From Proteromonas lacertae (Eukaryota), in NCBI GenBank assembly GCA_002245135.1, contig NGBS01000878.1, positions 124,001 to 188,000 on the forward strand: 64,000 nt of DNA, written 5' to 3'. The translations under genes and the position numbers were made by a program. This document shows, piece by piece, positions 12,844 through 28,583 of the stretch. Each line of letters begins with the position of its first letter. The stretch's first letter is position 1. Below the pieces are notes generated by a model that had not been told where the DNA came from, did no database searches, and was given only the letters and a program-made list of their open reading frames with translations.

Positions 12844-13610
12844 ATGTCAATAAATTGTTCAGGATTTTCTGCTTTTATTCTTATTTTACCAAACGATATC
12901 TGTTATATAACATGTTCAATATGTAATATGTTGATGATATTAGATGGATATTGTGTTTTGACCAGTAATGTGAAAAGTAGCTACATAATATATGAAGATA
13001 ATGATAATTTTAAGTTATGTGATTTATGTTTGAATGTATTGAAAAAAGAAGAAGATATGAGAATATATGATATATGCTTCACAAGTTCACAAGAATTGAA
13101 TGGTTTAGAATATGATGAAGGAAGTGTGATTTGGTCAATTGATTGTTTATTACATGAAATGATTTGTAAGAAATTACCATTTAATGAAGATGATAAAATC
13201 ATCAAAACAAAAGAGAATATTCTTAGAATGTGATGAAATGACGAAAGAAATGATATTCAGAATGTTTAAAGGTGAAGATCATAAAAATAATGTAGTGATA
13301 TGTAAAGAAAGAAAACAGATATTATACAACAATGATTATTTAATAATAATATTACAATATAATATGGAAGTTGAATATTATTTTGAAAGTGATAAATGTG
13401 AAAATATTGGATATGGTTTGAAAAGCATTAAGAAAGATAGATATATAAAGAAATGAATTAAATGAAAGAGAATAAAGAAGTATTTAGATGTTTACTCCAA
13501 TTATCAATTATAGTAATAGAGAATATAGATAAATCATAATTAAAATCATTCATAGATAAGTTTTCATCAGTTAAATAATATAATTAACTGGACTTTCAGA
13601 AGAATAAAAG
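12844..13610 (+). pseudogene. Degenerate protein-kinase-like remnant
   Basis: VIWSIDCLLHEMICKKLPF resembles kinase subdomain IX and NFKLCDL resembles subdomain VII; frameshifts and stops are present. Confidence 0.5.
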
Positions 13611-13838
13611 AATAAATTAGCGCAACAAATCTGTAATGTTGAATAAGCTATAATAACTGTTATAATAACTGGTATTAGTGGTAAGTTATACTAAAATAAG
13701 GAAAAATATACAAATATTAATCTTTTTTGCATATTTAATTGAAATGCCTAATTTTGAGCAATTCTAATCATTTTAATCACTTTATCCCAAAATTAAAGAA
13801 AATATAGTCGTTATCAATAATTTCATTTTGTTTTTAAA

Positions 13839-15970
13839 ATGTCTGATCAAGCAGCTGTTCATGTATAAATATGTGTATAATTAATTTAGGTGAAGAATAA
13901 GGCTCCTGCACCAATTCAAATTACTGCAGAACAGATTTTGAGAGAAGCAGTAGAGAAACAAGACTCTGAACCAAAGACCTCTTCAGTTCATATATCTGAT
14001 AGATCTGTATGTTATATGTTGATATAATTGTTAGGAATTAAATGAATTTCGAAAATTGAAGAGAACTAACTTCGAAAATGCTATAAAAATGCAAAAGATG
14101 TTGATGGGAAACTATACAAAATACGCTAAGTGGGAAGAATCTCAAGTATAATACATTTATAAACATTATTAATGATATAGGGTGAAATAGAAAGAGCCAG
14201 GTCAGTGTATGAAAGGGCATTAGAAGTAGATTATAGAAATGTGACAATATGGCTGAAATACGCAGAAATGGAGATGAAACACAAAAATGTCAATCATGCA
14301 AGGAATATCTGGGATAGATGTGTGAAATTATTACCACGTATAGATCAATTATGGTACAAATATGCATATATGGAAGAAATATTAGGAAATGTGAAAGGTG
14401 CAAGAGATGTTTATGAGAGATGGATGAAAGTATATATTTTTTTCTTATTTATTTATTTATATAATAGTGGGAACCTGATGAAAATGCTTGGCTAACATAT
14501 TTAAGATTCGAGACGAAGTATGGAACTAAGGATACTTGTAGAAATGTTTGGACAAGATATGTTCAATCATCTGGAAAAGTGGATAGTTATATGAAGTATG
14601 CAAAGTGGGAAGAAAAACAAAATGAATTGAAAAATAGCAGAAAAATATACGAAATAATATTTGATGTATTTCCAGAAAATGAAATTGATGAAGATGTTTA
14701 TATAAAATTTGCGAAATTTGAAGTAAGATGTCATGAATATGAAAGAGCAAGAGCAATCTACAAATTAGCATTAGAGAAGATAGGTAAAGATAAAAATGAG
14801 AATATATATCGTGAATATACATCATTTGAAAAGAAATATGGAGATAGAAAAGATATTGAAGATGTTGTATTAGACAAAAGAAGAAATCAATATGAAGAAG
14901 AAATCAAGTCAAATCCTAATAATTATGATGTTTGGTTTGATTATATAAAGTTAGAAGAAAGCGTTGATAATAATAAAGATAAAATCAGAGAAATATATGA
15001 AAGAGCAATTTCTGTTGTTCCACAATATAAAGAAAAGAAATTTTGGAGAAGATATATTTATTTATGGATCAATTATGCCATATTTGAAGAATTAGAAACA
15101 AAAGAAATGAAACGATGTAGAGCAATATATAAGAAATGTTTAGAAATAATTCCAAATAAGAAATTTACATTTGCTAAGATATGGATTTTATATGCGAAGT
15201 TTGAAATAAGACAAAGGAATTTAGATCAAGCTAGAAAAATACTTGGAACAGCAATAGGGAAATGTCCCAAACCTCGTTTATTTAAAGCTTATATTCAATT
15301 AGAATTAACATTAGGTGAAATAAATAGATGCAGAAAATTGTATAATAAATTTTTAGAATTTGCACCTCATTCATGTTATGGATGGAATAAATACGCTGAA
15401 ATGGAAATATCATTACAAGAATATGAAAGAGGAAGAAAAATATATGAATTAGCTATAAGTCAACCATTATTAGATATGCCTGAAATATTATGGAAGAAAT
15501 ATATTGATTTTGAGATAAGACAGAAAGAATATGACAAAGTGAGGGAATTATTTGAGAGTTTGTTGGAAAAATCTCAAAATGTTAAAGTGTATATTACTTA
15601 TGCTCAATTTGAGAATGATATAAAAGAGACACAAAAAGCTCGAGATATATTTATAAAAGGTGATAAATATTTTAAAGATAGTGGAATGAGAGAAGAAAGA
15701 GCGTTATTAATGAAAGCTTGGAAAGGGTTTGAATCTTCATTAGGATCTGAGAATGAAGAGAATATTCAGAAAGTGATTGATAAAATGCCAAGAAAAGAAA
15801 AGAAAACAAGAGATGTGTATGATGAAGATGGTAATGTGTGTGGAAATGAAGAATATTATGATTATATATTTGGTGATGAGATAGGTAGTGGTAGTAACAG
15901 TAATGAAGGTTCGAAGTTGTTGAGAATGTCTAAACAGTGGAAGATTAATAAAAGTAAAGAGAATAATTAA
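13839..15970 (+). CDS. CRNKL1: Crooked neck / Clf1 pre-mRNA splicing factor (HAT repeats)
   Basis: Contains [43 protein letters not shown] and [15 protein letters not shown]; four short introns. Confidence 0.96.
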
Positions 15971-17832
15971 CTTGTTTTATCTAGTAAAGAAGATGGATTA
16001 TTATTGTTTTTTAATCAACTATAATTCTAATTCGAAAATAGAAAGGTTAATTACAATTTAAGATAATGATTGAAGTATAATCAGTAATATATATTTTTCT
16101 ATCATATCATCATAATAACATACTATTAAATGTATAACATTGATTCATATGAAATATAAACGAATTTATGAAATATGCTATTTTACTTTCTTGGATAATT
16201 TCAAACCAATAAATATACATCTGCATCTAAAATTTTTAAAAAGATTAAGAAACGATCATATTTTTAATTTGGCTAGTTTATATCCTACAAGTGGCTAATT
16301 ACACATAATTCGAATATATAAGGATATAAATAGTATATTAAGGATATACCATAAGCAAAATCAAAATTAATGAGTAACAAATGAAGTATTTCAACCACAA
16401 AGAAAGTCAAATTTAGAGCTGGAAAGAATGTATTTACATAATAGCTTCTCAAAGATATATCTAATTTTTGTAGAATTGTATACTTACAAATCTTTTTCTC
16501 CTTCATAAGAAGGAATTTTTCATAATTATTCATAAAATTTTAGAAAATAGAAGAATAAAATATAGATTAGAAATTGATTAAAGAGTATACAGATTAACTT
16601 CTGTCAAAACATTCCAGTTGAGGAGAAAAGTAAAGGATTTCTAAAAATATTTGTCATTTTCAAGTCGAATTTGTATCATATCTATATGGATAGCCAAAAT
16701 TTTTTTATGAGCAATATATTCTTTATTTATTATATTTATTGATTATAAAATATAAAACAAACAAAAATGAAAAAATAAACGAGAAAATAAAAAAATAGAA
16801 GGACAGAATTTTCGCAAGGGTGTGTATATCCTATAAAAAAATGAATAATGAAGTTAAATTTAAAGATATTGCTAATTATTTAATTTATTCTATTCAAAGA
16901 ATTCATTAAACAACATAAAATTGTTTAAATCATATATTATTATAGGAGTTTATTGTGATTTCTATATCAAGAATTTATTTTATATTCTAAATCTATTCTG
17001 TATGTTTTAATTTTCATTTTAGACTAAGAATGGGTAGTCTCATCCCTTTAATGAAGTAAATTATGATTTACACATTATTTAATAAATACACAAACACCAA
17101 TTAAATCAATATTAATATAATAATTTATTTTTACTCTTCGCTAATTATAATTAATTCGTAAATTACATTCTCTTCTTTCTGTTTTCTTTATTTTGCTTCT
17201 TCTAATCATCTTCTTTTAATTTCAACTTTACATTCAGGATTAACAATCACATTTTCTAATTACAAATTAATTACATTTGGTAATATGTCTTTATTCAATA
17301 ATGTGTAATTAGCCACTTTTAAGATATAAACTAGTGAAATCAAAATTACATAGTTTCTTAATCTTTTTCATATTTGATGTAGATATAATGAAATATCAAT
17401 ATTAGAAATAAATATTTGAATAACACAAAACAAGTGTATTGGTTTAAAATTATCAAAGCTAGTAAAAAAGTAATTGAGAATATTTTCGTAAATCAGCTTA
17501 TATTTTATATGAATCAATGTTATACAATTAATATTGTATTAAGATGATATGGTAAAAGTATACATGATAGACTATACTGCAATCGTTTATTAATTTTATA
17601 TTTACTAACTTATAATCAACAATATAAAGTAGAACATCATCCGCCTTGAATAGAAAAACAATATATTGAAAATAACTATATAAGTTGCTTTACTCTTGTG
17701 TAATATAAGTTGTATTATTAATCCACTATTTTAAGCTAAATGGTGAGAAATTATTGTTTTGAATAGAAGAGAAGAATAGTAATAATAAAAAAATAGTGAT
17801 AAATTGATGAATATATTTAAATCTTTAAACTG

Positions 17833-19248
17833 TTAAACCAAAACTTTAAAACAACCACTTTGTACATTCTTTTTAAATATGATAGGATGCTTAAAATTCA
17901 TACCACGCATTCGTACCTTTTTTAAGCTCTTCAAATCAGCAAATGATTCAGACATTAAATCAGCTAAGTCTTCATCAACTTTGTTACTGGTTAAATCCAA
18001 CTTCTTCAAACTTGGTATTTTCCAAGTGTTTTCACAAAAAGATTTTATTCCTCTTCTCTTTATATTACAACCTATATTCATAATATAATCAAAAGAAAAG
18101 AAAATACAACTAACATCTAATTCTTCTAAGTTGGATATATACTCCAAGTGTTTTGATAAACTTATCATTCCTGAATCTTCGATTTCACTTCCACTTAAAC
18201 ACAATCTTTTCAAATTTGGGATGAAATAGAGATTAGGAGATATTACTTTCATACATTCTCCATTAATTTTGTACAAATATAAATCTGTTAGTTTATTGAA
18301 GTATTCTAAACATCTGGATAATATTTGACAACTTTGTCTTTTTGTATCAAAAATATAATTATTAAAATTTAATTTCAAGTGTGTTAGATTTTTAAAACAC
18401 ATTGATTGACTATAAAAGTATTCTACATCAACAAAACAGAAGAATTCTATATCTAATGTTCTCTTCTTTAGTTTCTTTGCAGCATCTATACTTTTTCCTA
18501 TTTCAATATCAATAAAATAATAAATAAATATACTCATATGTTTAGAAAGATCATATATTCTATTAAAATAAAATTCTTCAAAGAATTTAACTTTTCTTTT
18601 CATATAAGATGAATCTTCTTCATCTTCTAATATTAGATTTAATTCTTCTATTGTTGTAGAATTTGGTATATTTTGAATGACTTTATTGAACTTTTTATTC
18701 TCACTGTTATTCTCAGATTTCTTCATTGAATCAAATAATTCTTTTACTTTTTCTATTACATTTAATTCATCATACATATATATATTATCTTCATTTTTAA
18801 TAAAATATTTATAATAATCATCAATATATACTTTCCCTTTATTACCTAACAATATATTACTTCCTGTCAAACTAATTTCATCAATTATTCCAACATAATC
18901 AAATACTTCAATATTTCTTATAATTCGTTTAAATATATCAATAACTCTATCTCTTCTGTTTCTTTTTACATAATTATCTAAATTGCGGATTATTTTTTGT
19001 TCTTCTACTTTCAATTCATTGTCTTTCAGTATAATGGAGTTAATGTTTGGAATTACATCATCAGTTATTGAATTTAACAGCATAATCAATTCAGTGCAGT
19101 ACATTAACCTTGTTTTATCAAGTTTATATGTCTTTATGCTTTTTTGAACAACATTATACTCATCTTTCTTAGTAGAACTGGTTGACTCCTTTGTACTGTT
19201 TGTAAAATACTCGAAATCGTAATCTAAAAATTTTGAATTGTTATCCAT
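17833..19248 (-). CDS. Leucine-rich repeat protein (RI/NLR-like LRRs) with a degenerate kinase-like N-terminal half
   Basis: C-terminal LxxLxLSxxxIxDxGMxxL repeats. The N-half has GSNILLGNKGKVYIDDY, resembling kinase subdomains VIb-VII. Two probable in-frame introns are read through in the ORF track. Confidence 0.7.
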   Translation of the reverse strand: MDNNSKFLDYDFEYFTNSTKESTSSTKKDEYNVVQKSIKTYKLDKTRLMYCTELIMLLNSITDDVIPNINSIILKDNELKVEEQKIIRNLDNYVKRNRRDRVIDIFKRIIRNIEVFDYVGIIDEISLTGSNILLGNKGKVYIDDYYKYFIKNEDNIYMYDELNVIEKVKELFDSMKKSENNSENKKFNKVIQNIPNSTTIEELNLILEDEEDSSYMKRKVKFFEEFYFNRIYDLSKHMSIFIYYFIDIEIGKSIDAAKKLKKRTLDIEFFCFVDVEYFYSQSMCFKNLTHLKLNFNNYIFDTKRQSCQILSRCLEYFNKLTDLYLYKINGECMKVISPNLYFIPNLKRLCLSGSEIEDSGMISLSKHLEYISNLEELDVSCIFFSFDYIMNIGCNIKRRGIKSFCENTWKIPSLKKLDLTSNKVDEDLADLMSESFADLKSLKKVRMRGMNFKHPIIFKKNVQSGCFKVLV

Positions 19249-19803
19249 GGTTATATAAGTGAATTAAATCAAAACCGCCTTTTTTAAGAAATATTACAAT
19301 TTGGCGCCAATACGATTATTTACTTAAATGATATATTAGAATGTATGAATCTGATAAATTACTCTTTAGTGGAGGTTTCTAGGATTTTATAGGATAAATA
19401 ATACAAATTACCAAATATTAAACAAGTTTGAATAATAACTGTATATCAACAGTGAATATTTTATATTTATCCTATTTATAATCATTTATACATCATATAC
19501 CTCACAAGATTTCTATTTAAATGCTGGGATAAATAAACACTACTTCTAAATACAAAAATATATTCTTTATGTTATTTCGGCAAATAATAATTTGCTTTGA
19601 ATAACACAAAAGAGAAAACAGAAAAAAAGAAGATTATAAAACGACTCTTTTTTCGAAATTATTTCTTTTGTTTATATTCTATCATCTGATGAACAAATAT
19701 TAGTACATTATATTTAAAACAATAAAAATGAAAATAATGATTAAGATGAATTTAAAATAAAACATACAAAATATGGGGAAAAAATTAAAGCAATCAATGG
19801 TTA

Positions 19804-20477
19804 TTAAATAGCTTTTACAGAAGCAATAAATTGTTTTAATATTTCCAACCACACACTATCTGTTAAATTATCATACTCACTCTGTATTCTTTTTTCTATA
19901 CACTTCAAAATGTGTTTAAAATACACATTCTCTTTCCTAATATTACTAAATGATATATATTTATATATATTATCTAATAATAATTTTATAGATTTAATAT
20001 CATTGGTTTTTATCTCAATCTATATATATTACAATAACATAAAATGATATATATTTATACAGAATATAAGAATGTATAAATTGTATCTAATAATAAAGTA
20101 AAATAATCCTTATCATTAAGTAAAGGAGGGAAAATAACTAAACATTTTTCTATAATATTACTTTGAATATCAAACAATTCAGTTGAATATGTTTTATTAT
20201 GTAAATATATATCATCATTTGAATTAATCCCCTTAATTTTATAACAGAATTCTTCTTTATTTAATTCTTTTAATAATATAAGTAATTCTAAATATAATTT
20301 CAATTGAGTTTTTGTACCATTTAACCATTTATAGTCATTAATAAACTTTATAATATTGTATGTAATTAAAAATGGAGATTTGTCTGGATCTGTTGGTATT
20401 AAAATAGATGTATGATAAAATGAATGTAAAATATGAATCAATGAACTTTCATTAACTATTATTGGATCTATTCAAAC

Positions 20478-20509
<32 letters not shown>

Positions 20510-22821
20510 CTCTAAGATAGAATTAAGTGTATTAATGAAAAAAGTAGTGAATATTTGAATATAATTCAAACACTTATATTTTAATGATAATTGTATAGAA
20601 GAATGATATAATCTCATTTTAAATATTGGATCATAAAGACCTTCAATAGTAACAGCTGCGAAACTTAGACAACTTTTCAGATTGTTATATCCACGATGAT
20701 AATTTGATTGTAATTTCATTATGGATGTATAACCAAGTCTTATTACCAGATGAATTAATCGATATTGAACAGATTCTAATTGAATATAACTAGAACGACA
20801 ATCAATATATCTAAATATATATAATATGATTAATTCTATACAAATTCAGTTGTTGTTCAACGTTTACACCAAAATCAATTCTGCTAATAAAACTGATTAT
20901 CAACTCACTGATATTCTTTGTATAATTAATATTATACATATCAATTGAATCATATAGGAACTTTGTTAAATCAAAAATACATCTTAAAGATACTGGATCA
21001 GTCTCTAATGTAATGGAGGAGAATTTATCAATATATCTTCTTATTAGTGACATACATAATGACTGTTTCTTTGTACCATCACATCTCTCTAGTATTGAAT
21101 AGAAATATTCTGATGATAAAACTGGAATTAAGATTGTTGGTGATTCGATTATATATTGAATAATACTTTCCAACTATATATAAATATAAAATAATTATAA
21201 TATATATATATATACATTTCTTCTAGTAACACTATCTATTCGTTTTAATTCAATTTTATTATTCAATTCTTTTAAGACTATCAGTATCTCACGACACTAT
21301 ATATAATAATATATTATTATATATACAGAATAATGGTTAATCATTAATCTAATAAAACTAGTAATACAATAACTATAATCACTTAAAGAATCAACTTTTG
21401 CTAAAACTTTAAATGATTCATTTAAAAATGGTATTTTTGCTTCCTATATATATATATATATAAGATAATAAACAATAAATAATTTATATATATATGAATA
21501 TACAGGTGGAGGAGGTATTTCCACTAATTTATTACACAAAGTAACGAATAAATCTTTACAAATAACAGCAGATGGATCACTTTGTTTGATTGGAGATAAT
21601 AATTCGATTAAATCTAAATTGAAATAACTAACATCAAAATATCTGATTATTTCCAACAGTACGATAATTTTACCACAACTTTCACGATATATTTTTAGAA
21701 GATTCTGGAAGATATGAGTTGTTTGAATTAAACTGTAATTGTATATAATCCATCGAGATATTGGTGAATGAAGATATAAATACTATAATATATTATTATA
21801 ATACAATATGCTATATATATATACATCATTATAAGTCATATTGATGTTTTTGGTTAATTTATCATAATTATCTTCCTTAAACTCACCCAAATTCTCCAAA
21901 TATTCTCTATAATATAATAAATAAGTATATTTAATATATATACAACATCAATTTCTCAGATATGTTATGGATCGTCACAATACTACTAAATGGAGCTATA
22001 ATGTGTAGAAAGTATATTATCAAATATCCTCTGTGTAATATATTGCCTATCGATCTGAACGATATTAATAACTGATTTATAGTTGTTTCATATAGATTTT
22101 GGTCATATTCATTAATGAGTGGTAAAATAGCTATTTTCATATATAATCTTGGTACTAATTGGAATATTGATGAAATTAATCTGGTGTATATATAATAAAT
22201 AGAATCATAATCTGTTTGTATTGTCAATGATTTAATGAAATGGAAATAAACTGATATTATTTCTATTATTCTTGGATATATGAGTGGATAGAATGGTGTA
22301 ATATCATCATTGATGAATAATAATAACAATTGTACTACATTGTGAAAGGATTTGACATAATCTTCGTTATTCATATAGTTATCTATAACTGATTTAATTT
22401 CATCAATATAATGATTCAATTGCTGTAGATCTACTTCTTTGTAAAATATTGTTTGAGGTGCTATAATATATATGAAATTAAATTGGATTATACTATAATA
22501 TGGATTATGAACATATAACAATTCACCATATTCTACATTTTCGCTTATCTGAGTATTCTTCTGTAGTTGATATCTTAAAGCGGCAACATTAACATTTCTA
22601 GAAAAATCGGAAGGAAACTAGAGAATAATTGTAAGTATTTCATACTCTTTTCATATAAGGGCAAAAATCTGACCATTCGAATGGTTCTTCTTCATGATAC
22701 TTTTTGTTTGCTACATCTTCAGGTGTTTTATCAAGTAACTACAAAAATATACACATAATCATACTTGCCCACTTAATGGATCGCTGATTTCACTTAAATC
22801 TGGTTCAAAAACTACAGCCAT
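19804..22821 (-). CDS. VPS35L: VPS35L (C16orf62) retriever complex subunit, many short introns
   Basis: Fragments ISSIFQLVPRLYMKIAIL, FRSIGNIL, DFGVNVEQQLNLYIDCR, CLSFAAVTIEGL..RLY and LIPTDPD match VPS35L motifs in the expected order. Confidence 0.78.
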
Positions 22822-22854
22822 CAATCGAAATTGAGAAGAGAAAAATCTTGAGTC

Positions 22855-22865
22855 TCAAGCCAAGC
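22855..22865. promoter_or_regulatory. Candidate core-promoter motif TCAAGCCAAGC (representative copy)
   Basis: Lies 34 nt upstream of the VPS35L ATG. Related copies at 6945, 10320 (reverse), 28534, 34667, 39926, 43250, 53305, 62716 and 62727. Confidence 0.55.
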
Positions 22866-23186
22866 TTCTTTAATTTTGTTTTATTCTCAATATTGTGAAG
22901 ATAAATTCATTTATTGTTTGTTTAAATATATTATTTGAATCAACATAAGTTCATGAGATGATTTAATAGAATAAAGAAACAGTTACTAACGCTATGATCT
23001 TTTTACGTTTATTTACAAATATATGAATAGAAATATAGCATTATTTTTCCTATATAGAATTACTTTACAAATCCTAATTAGAAACATAAAAAAATTAAAA
23101 AATATAAAACAAAAGTTCAAACCAACATCAAACATATTGAAAAACAACATTGATAATCAAGTATTTTTTCGAATTACTGAATATAA

Positions 23187-24975
<1,789 letters not shown>

Positions 24976-25153
24976 TTAATATAATAAATAAGTTTTTTTT
25001 AAAAGTACTATACAACGCGAAATATTTAATAAATAATAGATGTAAATATATTTTTAAGAATATGCTTAATATAAGAGATTAGTATTTTTATGTATTATAA
25101 ACTACAAAAAAACCCGTATTTATATTATAGATATAGATATATGTTAAAAATAA

Positions 25154-27025
25154 TTACTTAGTTTCAACTCTTCTCTGCAATTGAAGTAATTGCATGTCTA
25201 ATTTCTTGACCTGTGCGTTGTACTTATCAAATTGTTGTGAAAGTGTTTGATTCTCTTCTAATGTAGTAGAATATTCATCAATTGGATGTAATAACTTTGC
25301 TTTCAATTGATCTCTCTTTTGAATCTTCTGTTCAATAGTTCTTTCATATTCTATTTCATATACATATATAAATAATATGTACATACGTAGTTGATCAGCA
25401 GTTTTAACAGCAGTTTTTTGTTTTTCTTCCAATTCTTTATTCAATTTTGTCAATTCAGCTTCATATGAATCAATTATTTTCTTAGACTCTTTTGAATACT
25501 TTTCTCTGATTATTTTAATCTCTCTTTGAGTTTCTAATGAATTACTTTGACATCTTTTTATCTTTATATCTAATTCTTCTTGTTTTTGTTTTTTCACTCT
25601 TATATCTTCTTTGATTAAATCCATTTCACTTCTTAAAGCATTAATTTCATCATCTTTATTAGCTTTCATGTTGTTTTTCTCTAGTTCTTGTATTTTCAAG
25701 TAGTATTTTTGGACTATTTCCTGCTTTGTTCTGATTTTATCTTTTAATGCTTTTACTGTATCAAGATGACTGCTTTGTTTCAATATATCCACACTCATTT
25801 CTAGTTTTTCATTGTCAGCTTTTAAATTCTTTAAACTACGATAATATAAGTTTTAAATATAGTTTATACTGTTCATAAACTATATAAAAATATATATAAA
25901 AATAAAAATATATACATTCACTACTAAGTAATATACCAAATTTTCCTTTCTAAATACAATAATATATCAAATATTTATACTTGTAATGGTCTTGGATCTT
26001 TCCATGTAGTTTGTTTAGTAAATGTGTTATAAAAATATGGTTTATGTTTAATATCTTTAGTGAAATATGTTTTATATAATTCATTTTCACCTGTTAATGA
26101 ATTATAAACATTGAATTCTGGTGGAGGTATTGTACTCATTACATCTTTATCAGGATCAACTAATAAATAAATAAATAAATAATGACAATAAAATTATACT
26201 TCTCTTTTCAGGAAATCCATCAAATTTCAATGGTTTAATAAACGAAGATGAAGTTAATGGCTGTAAAATATTACTACATTTTCTTGATGAGTATTGTTGA
26301 GCTAAATCATAAGCTGTTTTATTATCAGCATTCTCAAGGTTATAATCAACTCCTTTCTCCAACAATAACATAGTAATTTCAACATAATCTCTATTACAAG
26401 CATAATGTAATGCACTATTTCCTTTATAATCCTGAATATTGATTGGATAATGCTTATCATTATTTAATAGATCTTTTACATACTCTATATTACCAGATAT
26501 TGCAGCTATATGTAATGGAGTTTGCCATTTGGTATTTACTAATCCACTTTCAGCATTGTAATATAATAATAACTTGAATAGCTCTTTATGTCCCATTGTT
26601 ACACATATATGCACTATTGTATTTCCATCATCATCCTTTTCGTTCATATATAGTGGTGTTGATGGAGATGTATCAAAGAGATATTTCATCATATTAGCAT
26701 TTCCATGTTTAGCTAATTCCTGTTGGTGATTGTAAATATAATAAATATATACATGAAGCACAGTTGATGTGGATGTTGGAGTTTGATAAAATCTAGCTCC
26801 TTTTTCTATACAAAATTCTACTAAATCTTTGTAATTTTTGGAGCAAGCAACTACAAATGGAGATGGGTGATTTTTCTTATCAATATAATCGATAGGACAA
26901 CCACCTAAAACCATTTTTCTCACTTCTTTTAAATCATCTGACATACAAGCATTGTACATATGGTCAGACCACCACTGTTCTTGCTGATATTGACTAGGAA
27001 CACTTGATACTCCTTCTTCAGCCAT
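25154..27025 (-). CDS. Ankyrin-repeat + WW-like + coiled-coil protein
   Basis: Ankyrin repeats TPLHIAA and GNSALHYAC; a WW-like segment PYFYNTFTKQTTWKDPR; a C-terminal coiled coil joined via small exons. Confidence 0.82.
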
Positions 27026-27091
27026 TACAAAAAAAAGTTTATGTTTGTCAAACGACTATATTTTTGAAACTAAAAATTCAAACTGTCAGAA

Positions 27092-28402
27092 ATGAGCAAG
27101 ATAGGAGATGTATATTCTACTATTTTTATTTTTAGGCGAAACCTTATCTACAAATATTGCTTAAAAAGTCAATTATGATAGAAAATGTATTTCTTGATTG
27201 TTATTTTGTTTAAATAGATTGATTTAAGTAGTTTTTTAACAAAGAGTTTAAACTCAATATTACCATTTTTAGCTGCATTCCCACATTTAAGGTATATTTT
27301 CGTTACACTATACTGTTAGAAGTTTAAACTTATCAAGAAATGCTCTTACTACACTTCCATCAGATTTATCAATGTTAACACATCTCAGAGAATTGGACCT
27401 TAGATACAATTTTTTTCGGTATTATTACTGATATATAATCCTATTAATAGATCCATACCAGATTTAATACCTTCATTAAGATCAATAGCTACTTTAAAAC
27501 ATCTATGGATTTCTATTCATTCATCAAGAGAAGAACAGTGTTTAATTCAAGGTTTACCTCGTATATATTAATATATCCATAGAAATTATTATAATATATA
27601 TATAGAATTAGAATCATTAAATGGAATAACATTAATGGATTTAGATGATGATTCTGATGGAGAAGATCCTAATTTGTTAATCACAGAAGATGATTTAGAT
27701 GGAATACAATCAATGACAGAGAATTTATTCAGATTAAGAGTATATTTATTTATTTGTTATTTTTATTATAAAAATATCTTAGAAATATACTGATCTTAAA
27801 ATGAATATGAAGATTAAACAATTTAATGAAAAACTAAATGAAAATATCACAAAAATTAATTGTCTTTTATCAGAGAACGATACAGAAATAATTGTTTCTT
27901 CACTCCTCAAAGTATTTATATAATAATTTATATGAAATAGATTAAAATGGAAATGTTAAATAGCTGTCTATCCACCTTGTTTGATACTTTGCTTGTAAAT
28001 GAATCAGAATATTATGATCCAATCAAATACTTATTCCAACAATATACAGAGTTATTGAGAACTTATCAGATAATACTATCAAAGGATAGTAATTATTGGA
28101 AGAGTATAAAAAAAACCATGTTGTTTATCATTATAGAGAAATATATTCATCTTAAGTCACAGCAGCAATCTAGAGAAAAAAATTCATCTACTGAACCAAG
28201 CATTTCGCCTTATGGAATATGTCCTGGATGTTTGGATGATAAATATAAAGAAGTGAAGTATAATTTAATAGAAAAGACAAACAAGTATAGTATTTAACAT
28301 ATATTTCTTCATAGACTTCATGAAGAATGTAATAAACAGCAGATGAAGTGTTATAAGCTCGCAATACAAAATAGACTAAGTCATTCTAGTTACTTTAACT
28401 AG
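27092..28402 (+). CDS. Leucine-rich repeat protein, many short introns
   Basis: Spliced SLNLSRNALTTLPSDLSMLTHLRELDLRYN LRRs, followed by an acidic linker and a helical C-terminus. Confidence 0.7.
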
Positions 28403-28583
28403 TATTTATCAGTAATTTATATTTATACTCTTTTAATTTGATATTTGAGTAATATTGACAAATATATATTCTTCATGTATTTTTAAAGTGATGCTATACA
28501 TTATATGATGAGAAAAACACCAAAAATAATAACTCAAGCCAAGTTTATTTCATCTTCTTTTATAAAAATCTTTCTTTTTCAAG

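Noticed and set aside
16000..17800. Gene-free AT-rich stretch with a small ORF at 16285-16533
   Set aside because: No recognisable protein motif, RNA gene or repeat; it may be decayed sequence, but nothing is supportable.
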